Part shown: positions 16,231-29,600 of the stretch, one piece after another
How positions within the stretch are numbered: position 1 is the first letter of the stretch
Layout of the letters: every line of letters starts with the position of its first letter
Origin: Octopus sinensis
Lineage: Eukaryota
Direction: 5' to 3'
Assembly (NCBI RefSeq): GCF_006345805.1
Contig: NC_043007.1
Coordinates: 26,474,001 to 26,538,000 of the forward strand
DNA: 64,000 bases
The notes under the pieces: model-generated
Databases searched by the model: none
Told to the model about the DNA's origin: nothing
What the model saw: the letters and a program-made list of their open reading frames with translations, nothing else
Position numbers and translations under genes: made by a program

Positions 16231-17252
16231 ACAGCAGCAGCAGTAGCAGCCTTATCATCATATGTCTTTAGATTCGGTATGGACAAGATTAGTTAATAGA
16301 GCTAGCAGCAACAACTGCAGCAGCAATAACAGCAACAGCAGCAGCAGCAGCAACAGTCGTAAATATTAAAGCTGTCACTGCTTTTGGATTACAAGAAGAA
16401 GAAAAATCCAAAGAAAACGAAAACTGAATCAGCATCGGTGAAAAGAAAGAAGGAAAGAGGTAGGCAGGAAAGAAATCGTTAGAGTGTTTTTTTTTTCTCG
16501 TGGGACCAATTCAAGTGTTCGCTTTAATGAGGATTTTTGAAATGAGGAAAGAAACGAGAGATGCTTCAAAAGATATCGGAGAGAACATCAAATCATAAGC
16601 GACAAATTTCAATACCTAATTAAAAAGTTCTAATCCAATTTCCATATGCAGCGCGCACCTGCTAAAATGTATTTATTTATTTACTTTGCGGTACTATTAC
16701 AATCGCAGGAGGGGGCAAAAACATGGCATTCACCGACAGGATTGCAATGAAATATAGAAAATTATAGTGAAATGCATATAGTTCATTAAAACGTGATCGA
16801 TACCGTCTTTCTTTTTATTGATTTCCCCGTGAGTTTGTCTCCAGTCAAAGCGACCTAACTCGAGTGATTATAAATGGCAGAGAATGGTTGGGTATCAGAC
16901 AAGGGTGTCAATAGATTGTTACAAGCTTTCTAGATTCGTATTGACTTAATAACAAAGTCTCTAGTTTCAGACGCAGCTTTTACGCCCTTTAACAATGTAT
17001 ACAGCTTTACAATCGCACAGATCACTTTCCCCAAATCATGTAACATAACGATCGATGCTCTCTACTATGCAATGAAAGCCCACCCGAAGGTAAATAATAA
17101 TTTCTAAGGAAGCAGTAGTCTCAAAAGTGGTGAGGTTTTTACTGAAGGAGGGAAAAAGATCATGCTCTGAAGCCTTAAAAAGAACTAAAAACAAGCGGTG
17201 TAATACTAAATATTCTGTAGGAATTCATCATAAACTCTGTGACAATGATTAA

Positions 17253-17514
17253 AATAATAAAACAAATGCGCCCTTTTAAAGCCTAGACAGGATCATGGGT
17301 CCGGTTTCCCGGTTTCTATGGCGTATATGTTCCCCAGCTGGATGGGACGCCAGTCCATCGCAGAGTTACTCACTTTTGCCAGCTGAGTGGACTGGAGCAA
17401 CGTGAAATGAGGTGTTTTGTCCAAGAACACAACGCGTCGCCCAGTCCAGGAATCGAAACCACAATCTTACGATCATGGTGCTGACACCCTAACCACTAAG
17501 CCATACGCCTCCAC
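17253..17514 (-). mobile_element. SINE family B with TSD
   Basis: Reverse complement of the family B head and core; GTGACAATGATTAA at 17239-17252 and 17515-17528. Confidence 0.9.
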
Positions 17515-17998
17515 GTGACAATGATTAACTCAACTAAATTGATTGTTTCCAAATTAACGTGGAGGTGACAGAAAATAGCACAGAGTCGTACAGCTTTAAT
17601 GTAATTCGTAGGTAGGGATGTCCTAATATATTGCATTGCGTGTGATAAGGATATATCTTTTGTGCTACAAATAAACTACATCCGAACCGCCTTACACAGA
17701 TTTCCGTAAACTAAGTTAACCTCAGAAGCAATTGGTGAAACTGACACTATAAAAGAGTGCTGTTCAGCCTAGATGACTTCTGTTAGATTGGATATTGGAA
17801 TTCGTGTTTTAAACATTCCGCCATTCTTCGCACTCTTGATATACAATACATTAAAACTTATAAGAAAAAAATTATAAATGCTGCATCCATTTTGCAGTAT
17901 ATTTTTGTGGTGGATCAGAGTTGAACCATCAATCAGTAGGAAGAACTGGTGCAGTAACATATAGACAGACATAGCCAGATATATGCAGTTCTATATTT

Positions 17999-18066
17999 AA
18001 GAGATGAGAAATTATGTACATTATTTACATTCGACGGATATTTCTCCTCATCATGTTTGTTGTTAA
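17999..18066 (-). mobile_element. Penelope-like repeat 3' fragment
   Basis: Reverse complement of ~18913-18966; homologous to 33452-33540. Confidence 0.6.
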
Positions 18067-18073
18067 CCAGCAG

Positions 18074-18130
<57 letters not shown>

Positions 18131-18220
18131 GTAATAGTAATAGTGACAGTAATAGTAATGATGATGATGATGAGGAGGAGGAGGATGATGATGATGATGA
18201 TGATGATGATAAAAAAAAAA

Positions 18221-18765
18221 GCCCTGATGCAGTACCAGGCAGTGGCTCTCATGGCTTCTGATCTTAACTGATTGGAAGTGTTATCATGTACATTGTTTTG
18301 TCTTGGTATAAAAAATGGGCTACAGCAAATATTCTGCTCAATACCACAGATTTGCTTGTCAGTTGTTTGACTTTAACCAGATGAGCATGTCCCTTAGTGG
18401 CTGACGATATGTGCATCTCTGATCATGAGCAGAAGTAGTGGGGGAGCATCATAGCCATGTGTTGAGAAGGATTCTTTGGGGTTTGAATAATTCACCTCTG
18501 GTGGTTCGTTCAACATCCTTAAACAACCCTTATTCAGGGACCTTTTGAGCGGGATGGGCTACTCAACCTGAAGAAAATTCTAACTGGTCCCCATCTGCAA
18601 AGTCATGTGCTGTTTATCTTGATATGAGATCACCATGTCGCGCACATATGGTTGTGATGCATGTGCCTAGTGTACCCTTATCAGACGGGTAGTCATGATG
18701 GGTATACTGGGCTTCGTATATTTTACCCCAGTGTCACTTTGATGGCATGAACTGCTCTCTCACTC
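18221..18765 (+). mobile_element. Element E, longest copy (545 bp) with (AAT)n tail
   Basis: GCCCTGATGCAGTACC...GAACTGCTCTCTCACTC followed by (AAT)n; no long ORF and no clear A/B boxes; six copies in the window. Confidence 0.85.
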
Positions 18766-18824
<59 letters not shown>

Positions 18825-18826
<2 letters not shown>

Positions 18827-18977
18827 TAGAAAAATACCTTAGGAATGAGAACCTAGATTCGAAGTTTATAAGACACCCGAAGAAGGCTGGAGGGTATATC
18901 AGCCGAAACGTTGTGTTAACAACAAACAAGATGAGGACAAATATCCGTCAAATGTAAATAATGTAAATAATGTAAAT
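18825..18977 (+). mobile_element. Penelope-like terminal-repeat remnant containing a minimal hammerhead motif
   Basis: GACAC-CCGAAGA-A-GGCTG-GAGGGTATAT-CAGCC-GAAACGTT-GTGTT at 18872-18917, then a (TGTAAATAA)n tail. Confidence 0.65.
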
Positions 18978-19319
18978 ACTGTATATCAAGATATGTATTC
19001 CAAATATTGGGAAAAAATATTAAGTTTCCTGATGAATCAGTAGACGAAGATTAGGTACGTGAGTTGCTTCGCTGAAACAGGAAGAAGGGCAGCAACATCC
19101 ATACATACATACATACATACATACATGTATGTATGATCAAGAAACCTCCCATGATACAATCGAAATTGCCTGCAGTATTTCCATTTATGATATATGTGAG
19201 TTTCTGTATTATGTGAATTTAGCATGTAGAACTCTCCTCTGAAGTATTTTCGCTTATATATATATGTGGTTTTGATACGTGCAGAGTGTTATTTTTAAAT
19301 GTATGCATCTGTCTGCCTG

Positions 19320-19397
<78 letters not shown>

Positions 19398-19402
19398 AAT
19401 CA

Positions 19403-19462
<60 letters not shown>

Positions 19463-19507
19463 GTATATATATATATTTACATACATATACGTATATTTGT
19501 ATATATG

Positions 19508-19547
<40 letters not shown>

Positions 19548-19570
19548 TATCCACATATCCACATATCCAC

Positions 19571-19938
19571 AAAATAGTTCAATAAATTTCCTAGATAATT
19601 ATAATGAGTGACGGATATAATTATGTGCACAAACGCACATACATATACGTAGGCGTATATATACATACATGCATGCATACATACATACATACATAATACA
19701 TATATATACATACGTATATATATACATGTATATATATTTATATATATACATATATATATTTATATATATACATATATATATATATATACATACATGCATA
19801 CTTGTATATATTTGTATATATTCATATACATATGTAAATTTGTTATTATGCATATGCAAATATATACAAGTATGCATGTATGTATATATATATGTATATA
19901 TATAAATATATATACATGTATGTATATATATACGTATG

Positions 19939-19970
<32 letters not shown>

Positions 19971-20064
19971 TTATATACACGCCTACGTATATGTATGTGC
20001 GTTTGTGCACATAATTATATCCGTCACTCGTTATAATTATCTAAGAAATTTATTGAACTATTTT
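19571..20064. repeat. ~494-bp fold-back palindrome
   Basis: Arms are reverse complements with 2 mismatches over the outer ~86 bp of non-repetitive sequence; the ORF track shows mirror-image ORFs on both strands. Confidence 0.95.
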
Positions 20065-20116
20065 CAAAATAAGGATACAAAATTGAAACTCACACACAAA
20101 AACTTTTTTCCGTCTC

Positions 20117-20195
<79 letters not shown>

Positions 20196-21050
20196 CAAGG
20201 CCAATAAGAAATCATGCTTCGACATGAATTTTCAAAGGCATGAAAAAATAATGTATAAAAATAAAACCTGTTGAATCCTAAACATTTAAAATAATTGATT
20301 AAACACAAAGTTTTGAATAACAAAAACAAACTTATTTATAATTTTGAAATTATAAAATTCTCGTTTTCCTTTCCTTCCTCGTTTTTCCTATCTTAAAATT
20401 TTTTTCTTATCTTTATCTTTATTTTTCTCCTCCATTTTCGATTTATTTTTTAATTTTGCATATTTTTGTATATATTGTTCGAATTTTTTCCTCTTTTTTT
20501 TTTCTTTTCTCTGAGGAATTTTTTTCTCATTTAATTTTAATTTCTTAAACATTTTTTCCTTTTTCTGCTGAGGATCTCTCCCCCCTCTCTCTCTCCCTCT
20601 TTCTTTCTTTCTCTTTCAATCCTTCACATTCACACGCACACACTCTCTCTCATTCTCTGTCTTTCCCGCTCTCTATCACATTATCTCTATCTTTCTCTCT
20701 CACCTCTCTCCCTTTCACTCTCTCATTCCCTCTCTCTTTCACTCCCTCACTTTCTCGCTCTCTTTTTCCCTCTCTCTTTCTCTCACTGTCTTTGCTTCTC
20801 TCTCTCTGCATTTCTCTCTCGCGGTCTAGTTTTCTTTCTCTCTCTATCTTTCTCTGTTTCACTCTGTTTGTCTCTCCCTCTCCCTCTCCCTCTTGTTTTA
20901 AATGAGTTGTTTTTCCCTTCCTTAACCTCTACTTCAGTTTTTCCTCTTCCTCCTCCACTTTCTCTAACTCTTCTTTGTTTTGTTTCTTTCTTTTTTCTTT
21001 GTTTCCAATTTTACTACTACTACTACTACCACCACCACCATTACAAGTAT

Positions 21051-21082
<32 letters not shown>

Positions 21083-21092
21083 TTACTACCAT

Positions 21093-21134
<42 letters not shown>

Positions 21135-21724
21135 CATTACTACTACTACTGCTACTACTACTACTAATACTACTACCATTACTACTACTGCTGATGCTGC
21201 TGCTATCGTGACTGCTTCTCCTCGTCCTCCTCATCATCATCCCTTAAGTTTCACGACGACCACCACTACAGCAACCACCGCGTCTTCGAAACAACCAATG
21301 CTACTACTACCTATACATTGAATACAATACTTGTTTTCTAAATGTAACCTCTACTCAGTCGGTTTGTATTCTACACACTATAACCAATCCCTAAATTAAA
21401 GCTCCGTATAACACTACACTTAATACTAAAGCGGAATGTGGGAGCCACTAATGAGCCCACGATATTTTGTTACATATCGCGAGGCTTCGTTATTGTGATA
21501 TTCACCTCACGTTCTGCGTCACGCTGAATTTGCCTAACAATTACGTTACGAGTACGCGCGTTTTTGGAGTGCTCAGCCATTTGCACGTTAATTTCACAAA
21601 CCTGATGTTTCGTTCGACGTATCAGCTGGAACAGTCGTCGTCGCCACCGATGGAGCGCCAGTTGAATTTTTATATTTACGTTTTTTTTATGCACCAAAAT
21701 GTAAATTATTTTATTCTTTTGTTG

Positions 21725-22038
21725 AATTACTTGTTTCAGTCATTTGACTGCGGCCGTGTTGGAGCAGCACCTTTAAGGGTTTTAGTCGATGAAGTCGACC
21801 CCAGAACATATTCTTTGTAAGTCTTGTATTTGTTCTGTCGCTCTCTTAAGTTACGGGGACGTAAACATACCGACAACGGTTGTCAGTTTGTGGTGGGAGG
21901 ACAAACACAGACGCAAAGATACACACAGACACACACACACACACACACACATAAATATTCAAAATGGCTGACGACTAGTTTTACGCTTGAAACTCTAGAT
22001 AACCAACGAATTTGAATCAAACTATTTTGATCCATATA

Positions 22039-22074
<36 letters not shown>

Positions 22075-22303
22075 TGTATGTATGTATGTATGTATGTATG
22101 CATATGTGTGTGTGTGTGTGTGTATGTATTTATATATACGACGGGCTTCTTTCAGTTTCAGTGTACCAAATCCACTCACAAGACGTTGATCGGGCCAAGG
22201 TTATACTGAAAGACACTTTCCCAAGGGGCCACGCAGTGAGACTGAACCCGGAACCATGTGGTTGGGACGCAAAATTCTTACCACACAGCCACGCCTGCGC
22301 CTA
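21725..22303 (-). mobile_element. SINE family D with expanded centre
   Basis: Both halves present, separated by (CA)n, unique sequence and (TATG)n. Confidence 0.8.
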
Positions 22304-22833
22304 TGTGTGTACTGTTTTAATAATATTTGTTTCTGACGAGACCTCATTAACCAGTGCCCTATATTCGTCTTACTCAGTTATTTCCTACCCAGGAACCCTA
22401 ATAGCTGTTTATTCTGTAAAAATTGCTGAAGGAACTGTAGGGCTCACTGTGGCAACTTCCTCTGCTGGGCTCCATTCCCGTAGACAACATACATTGAAGA
22501 TACAGAACACATTCACACACATACACGCACATAAGTAATTAATCTTATAAACATACATTAAAAAACACACGTAGCGATATACGTATATAAGCATATATAT
22601 ATATATATATATATATACAGACAAGGACAAATAAGAATACTCGCATGTACATGTATATCCAAACATACACACACACGCACATATACATGAATAGATATGT
22701 GTGTGCATTAGATTATGCATATACACACATGTATGCATACATATGCTGAAGTAAGAATATATACATGCATGTAAAATGCTTTTATAGATGTAAACTGTAT
22801 ATAGATAGACAGACAGTTAACCAGACAGATAGG

Positions 22834-23300
22834 TAATCAAAATAAGCAACAAGGATATCCAGAGGTAATTCAGTACGAACGTTTCATGCGACTCCATTTA
22901 ATTGAACAATGCAAACGTTACATCAATTTAAAATGTAAAGCAATCTTCAGCTGCACAAAAAACATAGAATTTAATTAAATTCGAAGGACTTATTAGTATA
23001 ATTTTATTAAAAATTTCCAGGAGGATAAGGAGATAGACAAAGAAATTATTTTACCAACACCATCACTTGGAAATTTTGGATAAAATTATATTAATGAGTC
23101 CTTGGAATTAAATTAAATTCTATGTTTTTTTTGTGCAGCTGAAGATTGCTCTACATTTTAAATTGATGTAATGTTTGCATTGTTCAATGAAATGGAGTCG
23201 CATGAAACTATCGTACTGCATTACTTCTGGATATCCTTGTTGCTTATTTTGATTATAATCACCTTATTTTAAATTGTATGGATAACATCATACTAAATTC
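22834..23300. mobile_element. Fold-back element, family G, ~150-bp inverted arms plus right extension
   Basis: TAATCAAAATAAGCAACAAGGATATCCAG... / ...CTGGATATCCTTGTTGCTTATTTTGATTA; second copy at 34385-34848. Confidence 0.8.
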
Positions 23301-24094
23301 TGGTGCTTTCAATTAAGTATCACACAGCCACACTTACGCCTATAAAGCATGATGTATATTAATCTCTTCGTAAATGATTCCAATCCATTTTTTTCTTGGA
23401 CATTAACTTCCCATATGGTAAATACATGAATATGTACTTGAAAATTCTAGAAGAGATTTGAAACCACCACCTATATGTTGTATTGCTACTTCTCGACACC
23501 CATGCCTACAGGGCCACCAGAGCAGCAACAATTGAACATTATCAAATGATTTGAGCAATGAGATGTACAAAAGCAGTGAAATTACCGTACCTCGAGCCTG
23601 GACGACTATATAAATGTAGATGAGAACATACGATGAAGAAAATTAACAGTAACTAGATTAATAAAAATTACGCAGAGGAGGTAATTTAGTCTGCCGAAAT
23701 AACAAAAGGGAAATAGAAAGCAATTAGCTCTTTCGGTTAAGATAAACAGAAAGCGAGACAAAGTAATAGAGGGTTCTGAGAATCTTCGACTGAATTAAAA
23801 CAGACGAAACCGGAAACAGATGGGACTATTTAGTTATTTGCACGTTAGGCTTTGAATCGTTGAAAGAAGAGAAACGAAGCGAAACTTAGCAAATAATAAA
23901 GTAAAATTTTTTTAAAAAGGAGCGGAACACGAGTTTGTAATAAAAAAGATGGGGAATCAAAAAGGTATTCTTGGAAGAAATGTGATAATGAAATGATGCT
24001 TGTTGTTATAGGAGAAAATTTTCATGGTAACATAATTTTATACAGCAACATTATTCATCAATTAAGTCAAAAGCTTGGTAATAGTATAGGTAGT

Positions 24095-24455
24095 GGAGGC
24101 GCAATGGCCCAGTGGTTAGGGCAGCGGACTCGCGGTTTCGATTCCCAGACCGGGCGTTGTGAGCGAAAACACCTAAAGCTCCACGAGGCTCCGGCAGGGG
24201 GTGGTGGTGATCCCTGCTTTACTCTTTCACCACAACTTTCTCTCACTCTTACTTCTTGTTTCTGTTGTACCTGTATTTCAAAGGGCCGGCCTTGTCACTC
24301 TCTGTGTCACGCTGAATATTCCCGAGAACTACGTTAAGGGTACACGTGTCTGTGGAGTGCTCAGCCACTTACACGTTAATTTCACGAGCAGGCTGTTCCG
24401 TTGATTCGGATCAACCGGAACCCTCATCGTCGTAACCGACGGAGTGCTTCCATCC
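24095..24455 (+). mobile_element. SINE family A, near full length, 12-bp TSD
   Basis: AATAGTATAGGT at 24080-24091 and 24456-24467. Confidence 0.92.
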
Positions 24456-25160
24456 AATAGTATAGGTTATGATTATCAGATATCTTTCGCCTGACTTAAA
24501 GCAGAGCAAGTCGCGGATAGATGTGCATATATGTTAGATCGATAAAAAAATGTGACGAGAGAGTTGTTCGGATGCCTGCTTATCGGAGAGAAATGGAGCA
24601 AAAGAGAGCAAAAGAACAAAGTTCGATTTGAAAATAAACGGAATATGCGTTAGCAATACAATGAGGGGAAACCAGCAAAGCATCTTGGAAGAAACAAAGG
24701 AGAAAATTAAGAAATATTTTATCATCGGAAAAAGAGAGAACATTTTTAATGTACGGTAATTATAAATTAAGTCAAATGTCTACCAATCTTAATAAGGTTT
24801 CAATTTTGAATAGCAAAATTATTTCCAAAGTTGTTGGCTTACAGATTTTGTCAATTTAAAATTTAAAGAGGGACTCATAACTGAATGCACTTGATATGAT
24901 GGAGTTTGAATTTTTGTTTTGAATAAAGACAAGAAACAATTTCTTACGTATATTCAGAATATCGGTGGACAGCGTCGAAACTTGAGACTTTCATTTGTGC
25001 GTAGGTAGCAACAGCTACCGAGGTCACTCTACGCTTTCGTTTTAGTAACAAAACTTCATTTTATTGCGTTATTTCTTTTCATCCTATCATATAAATGCCA
25101 AATGTATTTAGAAAGTGACGCAGCATAACAATTAGGTACAGATGTAAACAAAGTGACATG

Positions 25161-25228
<68 letters not shown>

Positions 25229-25812
25229 CTAACCGAGTTCTCGAATCCCTAACCAAAACCAAATATTCCAAATATTCATCAATACGCTGTCTCACATGCT
25301 ACTTTAAATCGTGTATACCATTGTAATCATCACTGTCAACATTCTATTTAAGTCTATTCTACATTTGACTCTTCCCGTCCTATTTCTCCGCAGTCTATTC
25401 ATCATTGCCATCCATTCAATAACAAATATCTTAAAATTCCCAGAGGTACGTTTAAACATTCATTTTGCCGTTAATTATATCTACTTGTGCTCTTGTATTT
25501 CATTATATTGTTTTGGTAACTAGTTCCCATCAACATACGTCGTTTCCTTTTCTTTTATCTATTCAATGAAATCTTCAGAGAGTGATAGAGAGAGAGAGGA
25601 AGAGTGACGAAGAGATACGGAGACAGAAAGACAGACAGGGAAAGATACATAAAATCAGAGAGAGAAAGGGAGAAAGAGAGAAAGAGAGGGTGGGAACAGA
25701 TAGACAGAGAGAAAAAGGCGTGAAAGTGAGTGAAATAGAAGATAAATTGATATATAACAAAAAATGTATTTAACATAATAGAAATACGAAGTCATATGCG
25801 TATATGTCTGTA

Positions 25813-25891
<79 letters not shown>

Positions 25892-25910
25892 ATCTATCTA
25901 TCTATCTATC

Positions 25911-25968
<58 letters not shown>

Positions 25969-26729
25969 CACACACGCATATGTATATATATATATGTCGA
26001 ACAACCTTCACAAATTATTTGTTTATAGTGATCATATGTATGTGCTGTACATTAGCTCATTTCTTCCATCAAATTGACGTGGCTTGAACAGGTGCAACGT
26101 GTTCCACGCCTCAGGTGTCGAAGTGATCGCAAAGCAATGAGAGATTAAGTGTTTTGCTCCAGAACACAACACACCACCCGGTCAAAGAAGTGAAACCACG
26201 CTCTCGCTATCGTCAGTACAAAAAAAAACCGACGGCTACGCCATGCGTCCTAAGTACTTATATCCATAAATATGCTAATGACTAAATGCATTAATGCAGA
26301 GAAACCATTTCCGCTTGGTTCAAATTACACCCTGTCTATGGTCAAAATACGTCACTGCATCACTATTTTGTGCTCCACTGATTCAGTAATTTTTTCACTA
26401 CCGGCGTTTGGGGCTTTAGTTTTTTTATTCTTTCCTTTAGGTTGTCATTTACATAGTTGTGTGGTTTTCGTTTAAAATTTCAGTAGTTGTAACAGACACG
26501 TACTGACATTTGCAAACATGCTCATACACAGGTACGCATACACACGTACGCACACGCACACATACACACACGCACACATACACTCACACACTCACACACA
26601 CACACACACTGGAGAACAGACACTCATGTATAGGTAAATATGTACATACGTAGATATATATATATATATAGGTAAACAGTAAAAATAATTACAGACATGG
26701 ACAAGAACATGAAACACCACAGAGACGAC

Positions 26730-26779
<50 letters not shown>

Positions 26780-27095
26780 GTGAGGGCGCGTGGCTTAGTG
26801 GTTAGGGCATTCGGCTCATGATCGTAAGGTGTGAGTTCGATTCCCGGCGATGCGTTGTGTCCTTGAGCAAGACACTTTATTTCACGTTGCTCCAGTCCAC
26901 TCAGCTGGCAAAAATGAGTTGTACTTGTATTTCAAGGGTCAGCCTTGTCAATCTCTGTGTCACAATGATTATCCTCGAGAACTACGTTAAGGGTACACGT
27001 GTCTGTGGAATGCTCAGCCATTTGCACGTTAATTTCACGAGCAAGCTGTTCCGTTGATCGTATCAGCTGGGACCCTCGTCGTCGTAACCGGCGGA
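26780..27095 (+). mobile_element. Chimeric SINE: family B head/core with family A 3' tail
   Basis: GTGGCTTAGTGGTTAGGG...GCTCCAGTCCACTCAGCTGG followed by GAGAACTACGTTAAGGGTACACGTG...CGTCGTAACCG; an older copy lies at ~42445-42735. Confidence 0.8.
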
Positions 27096-27177
27096 GTTCT
27101 TTTTTTTTTTTTATATATATATATATTTGTAAAATGAATAGATATGGCTTTTGGGGGGCTAATTTTATTTCAATGAT

Positions 27178-27565
<388 letters not shown>

Positions 27566-27906
27566 TTGATAGATACAAATACACAAAGACAAACATACTT
27601 GTGTGTACATACACACACACAAACACTTATAAACACACACACACGCACACACATATCTGTATAGAAAAATATTTAAGTATGTATCTCTGTGTTGTGGAAA
27701 TGTGTATTGGAGTGTATGAATATATGAGATTTACTCTGTCGAAAGTATCGTTTTTATTTATGTACTTATGTATTAGCAGTTCAGATATTGTAATATGATA
27801 ATTAACACATCTTTTCTTTTCAAGATTTCTATTCTACATCGTAAAGAACTACTTCCAATAAATCAATAAACTCACCAGCTTCTTTTTTTTTCATCTCTGA
27901 AAATAT

Positions 27907-28194
27907 TATCATCATCATCATCATCATCATCATTATTATTATTATTAATTATTATTATTATTTTTATTATGATTTTATTATTATTATTATTATTATTATT
28001 ATATTATTATTATTATATTATATTATTATTACTTTTACTATTATTATTATCATTATATTATTATTATTATTATCAATTTATTATTATTATTATTATTATT
28101 ATTATCATTATATTATTATTATTGTTATTATTATTACTATTATTGTTATTGATATTATTATTATTATCATCATTATTATTATCATTATTATTAT

Positions 28195-28225
<31 letters not shown>

Positions 28226-28241
28226 CTACTATCATTATTGA

Positions 28242-28286
<45 letters not shown>

Positions 28287-28514
28287 TTTTACTATTATTA
28301 TTATTATTATTTTTATTATTATTATTATCAATATTCTTATTCTTATCATTATTATTATTATTATTATCATTATTATTATTATTATTATTATTACTATTAT
28401 TACTATTATTGTTATTGATATTATTATTATTATCCTCATTATTATTATCCTTATCAGTATTATTATTATTATTTACTATTATTACTACTATCATTATTGA
28501 TATTATTATTATTA

Positions 28515-28603
<89 letters not shown>

Positions 28604-28620
28604 CCTCATCATCATTATTA
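27907..28620. repeat. ~700-bp degenerate (TAT)n microsatellite
   Basis: Direct inspection. Confidence 0.95.
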
Positions 28621-28621
28621 A

Positions 28622-29600
28622 GGAATCGTCCATAGCACTTGGCGCATCTCTGTGTGTATTTTGTATTTTCTATCGTATTGGAATAATTCCATATAATCTC
28701 TGTGCAGCATCTAGATGTTCCATTTTCTCTTATACTGTATATATTTGTAAATCTTACTATGTTGGCTCTGTAACTGTCAGCATGTATTTCAATCTTTCTA
28801 AAGTCACGTCTGTTGCTGCGGATTTTTTTCCTTATTTCATTTATCATTATTTTCTCCAATATTTTCATTCTTGTCTCTATTTTCACATTGTTATTTCTGG
28901 ATAATTTCTGTATATATTTATGATATGCATAATATTTTGTTTAGAGTGATACTTCCATTCGCAGATACTTCCTTTCCTATCTGTCTTAAAATAACAATAT
29001 CTGGTAAATTTACATTAACCGTCTCTATAGTTGGTATATCTCACAGTATTCTCTAAGAGATTCTCAAGTGCATGTTTATACCACCTCTTTTCCATCGTTA
29101 TTTCATAATGCAGGCAAAATCGCCAGCATTTGAAGGTCTTAACTGTGTCAAAAATGTATATGCACTCTCCTCAGTCTTACGACCCGGCAGGCTGTAAATA
29201 TGATTAAATATTTCTTCCCATTCACTGCATATTTTGTCGTTATATATTGCATTCTACTTCATTATATTCTCTTGGCTCTTTCTGGTGACATTCAAAGATC
29301 TTTCGGCCTCGCCTCCAAGTCATACACTTCTGATATGTTTTTGTTATTTATCTATTGTATTGCATCTTCGTTCTGTTTCTCAGTTATTGGAAATATCGCA
29401 TATTAAAAATGTCTTGCCATATTTTGTATATGACATTTTGCAGCAGAATTTTCAACATTGTATTATTTTTTTCTTATTTCTTTCCGTTACACATATTTCA
29501 GATGAAGTTTTAGCTCTGCTTCCAAAATTATTGACTTCTTAAATACAAAATTCATTTTATTTTTCTGATATTTTCGTGGTTTACGAATATTTGTATCGCT
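28622..29600 (-). pseudogene. Heavily decayed R4/Dong-clade ORF relic (zinc-knuckle region and RLE endonuclease start)
   Basis: Across frameshifts: NDKICSEWEEIFNHI-TAC, DTVKTFKCWRFCLHYEITMEKRWYKH, IL*DIPTIETVNVNLPDIVI (compare ILWD...RPDIV of RLE). Best supported at ~28990-29300; abuts the large (TAT)n tract. Confidence 0.7.

Noticed and set aside
16355-16427. Peptide VVNIKAVTAFGLQEEE resembling an ABCB transporter motif
   Set aside because: Short, preceded by CAG/GCA repeats, stops within a few codons, no splice sites and no other ABC motifs in the window.
19024-19052. CTGATGA...GAA as another hammerhead
   Set aside because: No convincing stem II and GAAG instead of GAAA.
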